Origin: Cenarchaeum sp.
GTDB taxonomy: Archaea; Thermoproteota; Nitrososphaeria; Nitrososphaerales; Nitrosopumilaceae
Direction: 5' to 3'
Length of the DNA stretch: 64,000 nt
Assembly (NCBI GenBank): GCA_965242695.1
Contig: CBDESU010000001.1
Location: 160,001-224,000, forward strand
In this document: positions 38,459 through 49,300 of the stretch, one piece after another
Position numbering within the stretch: position 1 is the stretch's first letter
Layout: each line of letters starts with the position of its first letter
The notes under the pieces: generated by a model
The model's input: the letters and a program-made list of their open reading frames with translations, nothing else
What the model was told of the DNA's origin: nothing
Database searches by the model: none
Program-made: the position numbers and the translations under genes

Positions 38459-40753
38459 GTGGCCCGTGCCGTGACGCGCGCTGTGGCGCTGCCGCTTGCC
38501 GTCGCCGCATCGCTTCTGCTAGCGCTGCTCGCGCCGGCCGACTCGCACCAGGCCGGCGATGCGCCGCCGCCCGGGGATCGCGCAATGTTTGCCGCCCAGC
38601 CAATGTCGGTACTGGAGGGGGCAAGGGCCGGCCTGGAGGCGTCCGGAGCGCTGATCGCCGCCGGCGACGCGGCCGGCGCTCGGTACGCCGCCGAGTTCTC
38701 GGCCGGCCACTTTGCGCAGGGCATGTCCGGCCTAGACCTGGCCGGGGTCCCGCCAGCCGACGTGGCCGACGTGCACATTACGCTGCTAGACCTCCCGCCG
38801 CTTGCCGAGTCGGGCTCGGCCGGCGACGTGGATGCCGCCGCGTCCGCCCTCGGCGGCCTCGGCTCGCCCGAGTCGGACGCCCGCCTGGCCGTCGTCGAGC
38901 TGCTCACGGCCGCCGACGAGCAGTACGCCGAGGCGTCCGGCAGCGGCAACGAGGCGGCGTACATGATATCCGCGGCGCTCTTTGAGAGGGCGCGCGCCAT
39001 ATTCGAGGGCTCGGCCGACGAGTCGTCGATGCTCGACGTCGAGCAGCTGTCGTTCTTTGCCGACCTGACAGACGCGGCCGAGTCGCGCGGCAGCTTTGTA
39101 AAGGTCGGCACGCTCGTCGGGGCGATCCAGAGGGACCTGCTCGGCACGGACGTGCTGGAGCACGACCAGGATGCGCTGTACGAGAACATACGGCGGCTGT
39201 ACGCGCAGCTGCTAGAGGCAGTCGACGCCGGCGACTACGAGCTCGCCGAGGAGCTCGCCATCGAGGCGTACCTGGAGAACTTCGAGTACCTCGAGCCGGC
39301 GCTAGAGTTCGTCGACGCCGAGTTCATGTACAAGCTGGAGATCGAGATGCGCGAGGACCTGCGCGACATGATAAAGGAGGGGCGCGATCCCGCGGACATT
39401 CGCGCGTTCCTCGAGGGGACGATACTCCCGTCCCTCAACCAGGGCCAGCTGAAGGTCGCGGCCGTCGCCGCCGCGTCGGCGTCGAACCCCGCCTGGGGGG
39501 CCGAGGCGGCCGAGATCGAGGGGGGGACGCAGTCGGCGCCGGCCCGCATGGGGCAGACGACGGGCGAGGAGCAGTCGGCCGTGCGCGACGAGATCGACTT
39601 CATCCGCGACAGCCTCGACGAGATGCTGGCCCACTACGAGGCGGGCGACACGAAGTCTGCGTACGCGGCGGCAAGGACTGCGTACCTGGACAGCTACGAG
39701 CACGTAGAGGTGCCGCTGCGCCCGATAGCGCCGGACTTTACGCTGGAGGTAGAGTACCAGTTCGCCGAACTGCGCAACCTGATCAAGCACGGGGCGCCGT
39801 ACGACGAGGTCCGCGCAATGGCGACGAACATCGAGCGCAACCTCGACGAGTCCGAGCGCCTCGTGACGGGCACCGGGCAGATCGCCCCGTTCATCGCGTT
39901 CTCGGCCTCGTTTGCGATCATATTCCGCGAGGGCCTAGAGGCCGTGCTCATACTCGGCGCCATAATGACGTACCTCGAGGCGTCGCGCAACAATCGGTTC
40001 AAGCCGTACGTGCACTACGGGGTGATCGCGGCGATCGCCGCCACGGCGGCCACGTGGTTCGTCGCCTCGTACCTGATCGAGCTGTCGGGGGCCGACCGCG
40101 AGCTCATCGAGGCCATCGCTGCCCTGTCGGCGACCGCGGTCCTGTTCTACGTGAGCTTTTGGATACTCAACAAGATCGAGCACAAGAAGTGGATGGAGTT
40201 CGTAAAGGCAAAGGTGTGGCAGGCGACGACGACCGGCGGCGTGATGGTCTTTGTCATGCTCTCGTTCTTCACCGTGTACAGGGAGGGGTTCGAGACGGTC
40301 CTGTTCTACCAGGCCATGTTCGGGTTTGCAAAGTACATGGAGCTGTACGTCGGCCTCGGCTTTTTGATCGGAATGGCGTCCCTGCTCGGCCTCTACTTTG
40401 TGATGCGGCGCCTCGGCAGGCGGCTGCCGCTGCGCGTGCTGTTCGGCCTCACGATGGGGATCGGCGCGTACCTGTCGATCGCGTTCCTCGGCAACGCGGT
40501 GCGCGAGCTGCAGGTGCTCGACATAGTCCCGTACACGTCGATGATCGGCACCGTCCCGCGCCTGGACATCAACATGGCCACCATGACGGGCATCTACCCG
40601 ACACTCGAGACGGTCATCGCCCAGATCGCGCTGCTCGGCGTGTACCTTGCCGGCTCGGCGTACGTGCTCGTACTCAGGCCGCGGCGGGCGAGGATGATCG
40701 CGCAGATGCGCAAGTCGAGGGCCGGTGCGGATGGCGATGGGCGGCAGCAGTAG
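38459..40753 (+). CDS. FTR1-family iron permease with large N-terminal extracellular helical domains
   Basis: Two RExxE motifs (IIFREGLEA, VYREGFETV), multiple TM helices, and N-terminal AYLENFEYLE and AYLDSYEHVE domains. Confidence 0.92.
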   Translation: MARAVTRAVALPLAVAASLLLALLAPADSHQAGDAPPPGDRAMFAAQPMSVLEGARAGLEASGALIAAGDAAGARYAAEFSAGHFAQGMSGLDLAGVPPADVADVHITLLDLPPLAESGSAGDVDAAASALGGLGSPESDARLAVVELLTAADEQYAEASGSGNEAAYMISAALFERARAIFEGSADESSMLDVEQLSFFADLTDAAESRGSFVKVGTLVGAIQRDLLGTDVLEHDQDALYENIRRLYAQLLEAVDAGDYELAEELAIEAYLENFEYLEPALEFVDAEFMYKLEIEMREDLRDMIKEGRDPADIRAFLEGTILPSLNQGQLKVAAVAAASASNPAWGAEAAEIEGGTQSAPARMGQTTGEEQSAVRDEIDFIRDSLDEMLAHYEAGDTKSAYAAARTAYLDSYEHVEVPLRPIAPDFTLEVEYQFAELRNLIKHGAPYDEVRAMATNIERNLDESERLVTGTGQIAPFIAFSASFAIIFREGLEAVLILGAIMTYLEASRNNRFKPYVHYGVIAAIAATAATWFVASYLIELSGADRELIEAIAALSATAVLFYVSFWILNKIEHKKWMEFVKAKVWQATTTGGVMVFVMLSFFTVYREGFETVLFYQAMFGFAKYMELYVGLGFLIGMASLLGLYFVMRRLGRRLPLRVLFGLTMGIGAYLSIAFLGNAVRELQVLDIVPYTSMIGTVPRLDINMATMTGIYPTLETVIAQIALLGVYLAGSAYVLVLRPRRARMIAQMRKSRAGADGDGRQQ

Positions 40754-42989
40754 CGGGGGCGGCGACGGCGCCCACGGTGCGGATGCCCTAGATGCGGACG
40801 CCCCCGAGCCGGCGCGCCCCCGCGTCCGAATCGGCATGGACGTGGGCGGCACGTTCACAAAGGGGGTCGCAATCGACATGCGGACCGGCAGCCTGCTTGC
40901 ATCCTCGACCGTGCCCACGACGCACGCATCCGAGCGCGGCGTCTCCGAGGGCATAGTGGACGCGCTGGGGCGCATAATGCGGAGCGCCGGCATACGCGCC
41001 GGCGACATCGACCTCGTCTCGCACAGCACGACGCAGGCGATCAACGCCCTGCTAGAGTCCGACGCGCACAAGGTCGGGATCGTGGCGATGGGGGTGGGCC
41101 CCGAAAAGGGCGACGTGGTGCGGCGCACGAGGCTCGACGGCGGCAGGGGCGGGGGCAAGGGCGGCGCGCTGGCCGTCAGGGCGGCGCACCGCTTCCTGGA
41201 CACGTCGCACCTGATCACCGAGGAGGAGGCGCGCGAGGCCGTCGAGGGGCTGCGCTCCGAGGGCGCCGAGGCCATAGTGGCGACGGAGGCGTTCGGCGTC
41301 GACGACCCGTCCAACGAGCGGTTCGTCGCCGGCGAGGCGTCAAAGGCCGGCATGCTCGCCACCTCGTCGCACGAGATATCCGGCGTGTACGGGCTGGAGA
41401 TACGCACGCTGACGGCCGCCGTCAACGCCAGCGTGATGCCAAAGACGCTAGAGGTCGCGCGGTACGTCGAGGATGCGGTGCGCGGCGCCGGCGTCGAATC
41501 CCCCCTCATGATAATGAAGGGCGACGGCGGCGTGACGAGCATGGACACGTTCCGCACGCGGCCCATACTGACGGTGCTGTCGGGGCCGGCGGCGAGCGTC
41601 GCCGGCGCGCTGCTGTACCTGCGGATTGCGGACGGCATATTCGTAGAGGTGGGCGGGACGAGCACGAACGTGTGCATCATACGGAACGGGCGGCCCGAGA
41701 TGAGGTACGTGACGATACGCGGCCACCCGACCTGCGTGCGCTCGATGGACGTTCGCGTGCTCGGGGTCGCCGGCGGCAGCATGGTCGCCGTCGCGCGCGG
41801 GCGCGTGTCCCGGGTGGGGCCGCGCAGCGCCCACATCGCGGGGATGCGCTACGCCTGCCACGCCCCCGAGGCGGACATTGCCGCCGGCGAGCTCGTCCTG
41901 GTAAGCCCGCGCGAGGGCGATGCGCCCGAGTACGCCGCCGTCAGGTGCGACGGCGGGAGGACGTACGCGGTGACGAGCACGTGCGCGGCAAACGCCCTGG
42001 GGCACGTCGAAGAGGGCGACTACGCGAGGGCGGATCCGGGCGCCGCGCGGGCGGCCCTTGCAAAGCTCGGGTCCGCGATCGGCGGCGTGTCGTACTCGGA
42101 GGCGGCCACGTCCGTGCTGCAGACGGCGTCGTTCGAGGTCACAAGGGCCGTCACGGGGGCGCTCAAGGAGTTCAAGATGCGGCGCGAGGCGACCAGGATC
42201 GTCGGCGGAGGGGGAGGCGCGTCGGTGCTCGTGCCCTTTGTCGCAAGGCAGCTCGGCATGGCGTACGAGAGGGCCGAGCATGCCGAGGTCATATCGTCCA
42301 TAGGCGTGGCCTGCTCGATGATGCGCGAGGAGGCCGAGGTCTCGGTCGTCGACCCGTCGCCCGGCCGCATCTCCGAGGAGCACCGCCGCGTCAGGGCGGC
42401 CCTCGTCTCGCGCGGCGCGGTGCCAGAGTCGGTAGTCGTCGACAGCGAGTTCGTCCCGGAAAAGTCGCTGCTGCGAGTGACGGCGGTCGGCAGCGCGGCC
42501 ATGGACGCCGGCGCATCCGCCTCGGCCGGATCGCAGGACGGGCCGGGGGGAGGGGGCGGCCCGGCGGCGTTTACGCCGGAGGAGTCGCGCCGGCGCGCGG
42601 CCGAGACGATGGGGATCGACGAGGGGTCGGTAGACCTCACGTCCGAGTTCGACCACCACCTCGTCTTCACGGGGCACGTCGCCACGAGGCGGCTGTTTGC
42701 CAAGAGGAACAGGCGCAGCGTCGTCGTCATGGACAGGTACGGCAGGGCAAAGATCGTCCTCGGCAACGCGCGCGTCATACTCGGCGGCCGCCTGTCGATG
42801 CTCGAAGAGCTCGACGACTTTCTCGAGTCCCGGCCGTCGGGGATCGCCCCGAGGGTGTGCCTCGTCAACGACGCGCAGATGATGGACTTTTCGGGGCTCA
42901 CGTCGCCGGCGCACACGCTAGAGGCGGTAATGGCCGAGCTCGACGAGGGAGGCGGCGGCCGCGCAGCCGTCATAGTGGACATGTCGTGA
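40731..42989 (+). CDS. Hydantoinase/oxoprolinase A-family protein
   Basis: IGMDVGGTFT, SHSTTQAINALLE, IMKGDGG, TVLSGPAASVAGA, VEVGGTST, AGGS, VGPRSA and GGGGGA motifs. Overlaps the FTR1 stop. Confidence 0.9.
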   Translation: MAMGGSSSGGGDGAHGADALDADAPEPARPRVRIGMDVGGTFTKGVAIDMRTGSLLASSTVPTTHASERGVSEGIVDALGRIMRSAGIRAGDIDLVSHSTTQAINALLESDAHKVGIVAMGVGPEKGDVVRRTRLDGGRGGGKGGALAVRAAHRFLDTSHLITEEEAREAVEGLRSEGAEAIVATEAFGVDDPSNERFVAGEASKAGMLATSSHEISGVYGLEIRTLTAAVNASVMPKTLEVARYVEDAVRGAGVESPLMIMKGDGGVTSMDTFRTRPILTVLSGPAASVAGALLYLRIADGIFVEVGGTSTNVCIIRNGRPEMRYVTIRGHPTCVRSMDVRVLGVAGGSMVAVARGRVSRVGPRSAHIAGMRYACHAPEADIAAGELVLVSPREGDAPEYAAVRCDGGRTYAVTSTCAANALGHVEEGDYARADPGAARAALAKLGSAIGGVSYSEAATSVLQTASFEVTRAVTGALKEFKMRREATRIVGGGGGASVLVPFVARQLGMAYERAEHAEVISSIGVACSMMREEAEVSVVDPSPGRISEEHRRVRAALVSRGAVPESVVVDSEFVPEKSLLRVTAVGSAAMDAGASASAGSQDGPGGGGGPAAFTPEESRRRAAETMGIDEGSVDLTSEFDHHLVFTGHVATRRLFAKRNRRSVVVMDRYGRAKIVLGNARVILGGRLSMLEELDDFLESRPSGIAPRVCLVNDAQMMDFSGLTSPAHTLEAVMAELDEGGGGRAAVIVDMS

Positions 42990-43322
42990 CGGCGGGGGCG
43001 GGCGGCGGCAGGGCGGGATGCGCCCACCGCAGCCGCCTTGACGCGCCGCATGCCTTGCCGCGCCCGCGCCGGCCCGCAACCTCGCGATCCGGGCATGCGT
43101 CAAGGCCGCGGCGCGGGGCGCCTGCATGCCGCACGGGCCTGCGTCCGGCAGCCCGTACCCTCCTGCGGCGGCAGGCGCCGCGGCGTCGCCGCCGCGTTGC
43201 GGCCTGGCAGGACACCTGCGATCGGGGCTGATCGCGTCCACGCCCTGCCGCACAGGGCAAATTTTGCGCCCACCGCCCCCAATTATGCGCATATATAGCC
43301 CGCCTAAAGCCGAAAATTTGTA

Positions 43323-46300
43323 ATGCGCGCAGGCGGATGGCTCTTGACTGCATCCCTTGCCGCCGTGTCCGTGGCGGCTGGCGGCGCAGCCTTGGACGGC
43401 GCCGACTGGCAGGATCTTGACGGGGTCGCTGCACAGCCTGCTGCCTGGCTTGGCATGCCGCTTATCGCGCCGGCCCATGCGCAGTCCGCCGATTCTGCGC
43501 ACTACGAGTTCGTCGGCAGGTTTGGCACCGACCTTGACGGGGACTCCAGGGCGTCGTCCCTGAAGGGAGTCGCAGTTGACCCCGATGGTTTGATACTGGT
43601 CCTAGTGCACGACCCCCAGACTTCAAACCGTACCGTGCGAGCGTTCAATCCCGACGGCACACTGTCGCACTTGATAAATCTCCCACAGTTTGTAAGTGTC
43701 TCGATCGACACGCCGACGGGCATCGCCTTCGCGCCGGGCCTGCCCCCAGACCCTCCACGGATCGCCATATCTGACAACAAGCGCAACGACGGCCGCATCC
43801 AGCTGTATAGCACGTCCGGCTCGTGGGCCCGGACGATCCCCGGCGTGGACGGGCCGCGGGCCGTGGCCGCAGATTCGTCCGGCAGGATAATCGCCGCCGC
43901 TGCAGGCGACAACAGCGTGCGCGCGTACTACCACAACGAAACCCTTGCCCTCAACATCACCGAGGCCGGCTCGCCGCCGGCCGCGCTGGCGAGCCCGATC
44001 TCGGTCGCCGCCGTCCCCGACGGCCGCATCGTCGTCCTAGAGCAGGCCGGCAGGATGCACGTGTTCCACCACAACGGCACGTTCGAGAGGTCGTTCGGGC
44101 CGCTCAATTCGAGCCACACGTACACGGCAGTCTCTGCCGCCCCCTACGGCCGAATCGCGGTGGCCGACAGCAGCCTCCCCGGAATACGGATTCTCGGCCT
44201 TGACGGCTCGTCGGCCGGCTCGTTCGGCACGCGGGGCTCGCAGCAGGGGCAGTTTGCCAACCCCGTCGCCCTGGCCATGTCGCCCAACGGAACCATTGTC
44301 GTCGCAGATGCAGATCACGACGCGGTCAGCATCCTCCGCGCCACCAACGACACGTCCGCTCCGCGCGCCCTCTCGGTCTCTTCGATCTCGCCGAACGGAA
44401 CGTACGGGGCCGGCTCCACGGTCGACGTGCGCGTCGAATTCTCAAAGCCCGTCGACGTCTCGCACCCGCCGGGCCACGAGTATGCGCCGTACGTGCAGCT
44501 GGAGACGGGCGAGCGGGACGGCCGCGCGCTGTACAAGGGCGGGTCGGGCACGAGCGCCCTCGTATTCGAGTACACTGTAGAACAGGGCCACGAGTCTGCC
44601 GACCTGTCGTACATGAACGCCACCTCGCTTATCCTGCCGCACCCAGACGCGACCATCACGTACCCCAACTACGGCGGCGATGCCGTCCTGGCGCTGCCCG
44701 TCCCCGGCGAGCGGGACTCGCTCTCAAGCGGCCACGACATCCTGGTTGCCGGCGGCCCCGGCGCGGCCGCCGCCCCTACGTCCGTCCACTACGAGCTGGC
44801 CGGCAGGTTCTCGGCCGCCTTGGGCGACGATACTCCGCGGTCCGCCCCCCGCGCGGCCGCGGCCGCATCCGACGGCTCGATCCTGGTCCTGGTGACCGAC
44901 ACCCACAGCTCCGACCGCTCCGTGCGCGCATTCCACCCGAACGGCACCCTGTCGCGCGAGATCGAGCCGACCTCGTTCCCCGCAAGCTCGTTCGTCGAGC
45001 CGACGGGCATCGCCGTTTCCTCCGCCCCGCCGGGCCGCATAGCCATATCCGACGACGACCGCAACAACGGCCGCATCCAGCTGTACAACGCGGACGGCTC
45101 GTACAACAATACGATCGCGGGCGTGGACGGCCCGAAGGCGGTCGCCGCCGGACCGGCGGGCCGAATAGCCGCAGTGTCCGCCGCGGGAGACGCCGCCAGC
45201 GTGCAGGTGTTCCACTCCGACAGGACGCCTGCCCTCTCCATAACCGCCGCCGGCTCGTCGTCGGGAATGCTAGCCGACCCCCGCGCGGTGGCGTTCGACC
45301 ACGGCGGCCGCATCGTCGTCCTCGAGCGATCCGGCGCCATCCAGATGTTCTCCCCCGACGGCGCGTTCGAAAGATCGTTCGGCCCGCTCGATGCATCGCA
45401 CCGCTACACGGGGATCGCCGCCGACCACGACGGCCGCATCGTCGTGTCCGACGCCAGTCTCCCAGGCATACGCGCGTTTTACCCCAACGGCACGCATGCC
45501 GGCTCGTTCGGCACACGGGGCACCATGCAAGGGCAGTTTGAAAACCCCGTAGCACTAGCTGCGGCCCCGGGCGGCCGCATCGCCGTAGTCGATGCCGATC
45601 ACAAGGCCGTCACCGTGCTGCGCGCCAGCGGCGACACGTCCGCTCCGCGCGCCCTCTCGGCCTCTTCGATCTCGCCGAACGGAACGTACGGGGCCGGCTC
45701 TACCGTCGACGTGCGCGTCGAATTCTCAAAGCCCGTCGACGTCTCGCACCCGCCGGGCCACGAGTACGCGCCGTACGTGCAGCTGGAGACGGGCGATGCG
45801 GACGGCCGCGCGCTGTACAAGGGCGGGTCGGGCACGAATACGCTCCTATTCGAGTACACGGTCGAGCGGGGCCACGAGTCGGCCGACCTGTCGTACAGAA
45901 ACGACGCCTCTCTCGTCCTGCCGCACCCCGATGCGGCCATCACCTACCCCAACTACGGCGGCAACGCCGTCCTGGTGCTGCCCGACCCGGGCGAGCGGGA
46001 CTCGCTCTCGCACGGCCACGACATCCGGGTGGCCGGGGGACACGCCGCGGCCGCCGCCCCGCCGTCCGTCCACTACGAGCTGGCCGGCAGGTTCTCCACC
46101 GCCCTGGGCGGCGACAACCACCGGCTGGCCCCGAGGGCGGCCGCGGCCGCGCCGGACGGCTCGATCCTGGCCCTGATGCGCGACGACCTTAGCACCGACG
46201 GCCTATCCGTGCGCATATTCGACCCGAACGGCACCCTGTCGCACCAGATCATACGCGGCGACTTTACCACGGCCTCTTCGTTCATCAAGCCGACCGGCAT

Positions 46301-49300
46301 CGCCGTGTCCTCCGCCGACGGCCGCATCATGATATCCGACGACGACCGCAACAACGGCCGCATCCAGCTGTACAACGCGGACGGCTCGTACAACAATACG
46401 ATCGCGGGCGTAGGCAGCCCGAAGGCGGTCGCCGCCGGCCCGTCGGGCCGGATAGTCGCCGCCGCAGGCGACACGGTGCGCGTGTTCGACGAGAACCGCA
46501 CGCTGATCTCTTCCATAGCCGAGGCCGGCTCGTCGTCGGGCAAGCTGTCCGGCCCGATCTCGGTAGCATCTTTCCCCGACGGCCGCATCGTCGCGCTCGA
46601 GCGGTCCGGCACCATCCAGGTGTTCGGCCCCGACGGCGCGTTCGAGAGGTCCTTCGGCCCGCTCGATGCATCGCACCGGTACACGGGCGTGGCCGCCTCA
46701 ACCGACGGGCGCATCCTCGTGTCCGACAGCAGCCTCCCGGGCATACGCATGCTCGGCCTGGACGGCACGCACGCCGGCTCGTTTGGGACGCGGGGGGATC
46801 TGCCCGGCCAGTTTGAGAATCCCGTCGCCGTCGCATCGGACCCCGACGGCCGCATCGTCGTGGCCGACGCGGCGAACAATGCCGTCAGCATCCTCGGGGC
46901 CACCAACGACACGTCCCTGCCGCGCGCCCTGTCCGTCTCGTCGGTCTCGCCCGACGGCGCGTACGGGGCCGGCTCCACAGTCGACGTGCGCGTCGAATTC
47001 TCAAAGCCCGTCGACGTCTCGCACCCGCCGGGCCACGAGTACGCGCCATACGTGCAGCTGGAGACGGGCGAGCGGGACGGCCGCGCGCTGTACAAGGGAG
47101 GATCCGGAACGCGCAACCTCGTATTCGAGTACACTGTAGAACAGGGACACGTGTCGGCCGACCTGTCGTACGCGGACGGCGCCTCGATCGTCCTGCCAAA
47201 TTCCAACGCAGCCATCACATACCCCCACTACGGCGGCAATGCCGACCTGGCCCTGCCCGTGCCGGGCTCGGCCGGCTCGCTGTCTGGCGGCAAGGCCATC
47301 CAAATCGAGGCGGCGCGCGCCGTCCCTGCCGCGCCCCTGGAACTCCACTACGAGTACGCCGGCGGGTTCTCGACTGCACTGGAAGGCGACTCCCACCGGC
47401 TGGCCCCGCGGGCTGTCGCCGCCGCCCCCGACGGCTCGATCCTGGCCCTGATGCGCGACAGCCACGGCACCGAGGGCCTCTCGGTGCGCATATTCGGCCC
47501 CGACGGCACCCTGTCGCGGCAGATCACACGCGGCGACTTGTTCCCCGCATCCTCGTTCATCGACCCGACCGGCATCGCCGTGGCCCCCGACGGACGCATA
47601 CTCGTGTCCGACGGCGACGGCCGCATCCAGATGTACAACGCCGACGGCTCGTACAGCGGGACGATCCCCGTCGCGGGGATCCCCCAGGCGGTCGCTGCCG
47701 GCGCGCCCGGTACGACGGCCGTTGCCGTTTCCACGCCTGGCGGAGGCGGCGCCATACGCGTGTTCGACGCGAACGGCACGCTGATCTTCTCCACAACCGA
47801 TGCCGGCTCGTCGTCGGGCATGCTAGAGGCCCTGCGGGCGGTCGCCGCCGCCCCCGACGGCCGCATCATTGCGCTTGAGCGGACGGGCACCGTCCACATA
47901 TTCTCGCCCGACGGCGCGTTCGAAAGATCGTTCGGCCCGCTCGACGCATCGCACCGCTACACGGGGATCGCTGCAGCACCCGGCGACGGCCGCATCGTCG
48001 TGGCCGACGCCAGCCTCCCAGGCGTGCGCATATTCGACCCGAACGGCATGCCTGTCGACTCGTTCGGAACGCCCGGCTCGCTGCCCGGGCAGTTTGGCGA
48101 CCCCGTTGCAGTCGCCGCAGCATACGACGGCCGCATCGTCGTGGCCGACGCCGCGGCCCGCACAGTCAGCCTGCTCGGGACGACGAGCGACACCGGCGTT
48201 CCCCGCGCCCTGTCCGTCTCGTCGGTCTCGCCCAACGGCACGTACGGGGCGGGCTCTGCCGTCGACGTGCGCGTCGAATTCTCAAAGCCCGTCGACGTCT
48301 CGCACCCGCCGGGCCACGAGTACGCGCCGTACGTGCAGCTGGAGACGGGCGAGCGGGACGGCCGCGCGCTGTACAAGGGCGGGTCGGGCACGCGCACCCT
48401 CGTATTCGAGTACGCCGTAGAACAGGGCCACGTGTCGGCCGACCTGTCGTACGCAGGCACCGCCTCGCTCGTCCTGCCCAATTCCAACGCGACCATCACG
48501 TACCCGAACTACGGCGGCAATGCCGCCCTGGCGCTGCCCCCGCCGGGATCGCCCGGCTCGCTCTCGGGCGGCCACGATATCAGGGTTGCCGGGATATCCG
48601 CAGTCGCCGCCGCGCCGCCCAACCGCCACTACGAGTACGCCGGCGGGTTCTCGGCTGCACTGGAAGGCGACTCGCACCGGCTGGCCCCGCGGGCGGTCGC
48701 CGCCGCCCCGGACGGCTCGATCCTGGCCCTGATGCGCGACAGCCACGGCACCGAGGGCCTCTCGGTGCGCATATTCGACCCTAACGGCACCCTGTCGCGC
48801 CAGATCGACCGCGCCGGCTTTTTCCCCGCGTCCTCGTTCATCGACCCGACCGGCATCGCCGCCGCCCCAGACGGCCGCATACTCGTGTCGGACAACGACT
48901 GCGGCGACCGCGGCAGCGGCCGCATCCAGATGTACAATGCCGACGGATCCTACAACGGAACGATCCACGCCGCGGGCGGCCCGCGAGCGGTAGCCGTTGG
49001 CGGCCCGTTCGGCGCGATAGCCGCTGCCGTCGCCGCCCCCGACGGCGGGCGCACATCAGGGTCCCTGGCAGAGGGCGCGTGCGTCTGGGACGCCCAGGGA
49101 GCAGCTGGCAATGCGCGCCTGAGCATCTACGGCGGCAGCGCCGGCAACCTCGTACGCGTATTCATAAACGGCACCCACGCCCTTGACATAACCGAGGTCG
49201 GCTCGTCTTCCGGCCTGCCCAACGGCACGCGGGCCGTCGCGGTCGCGCCCGACGGCCGCATCATTGCGCTTGAGCGGACGGGCACCGTCCACATATTCTC

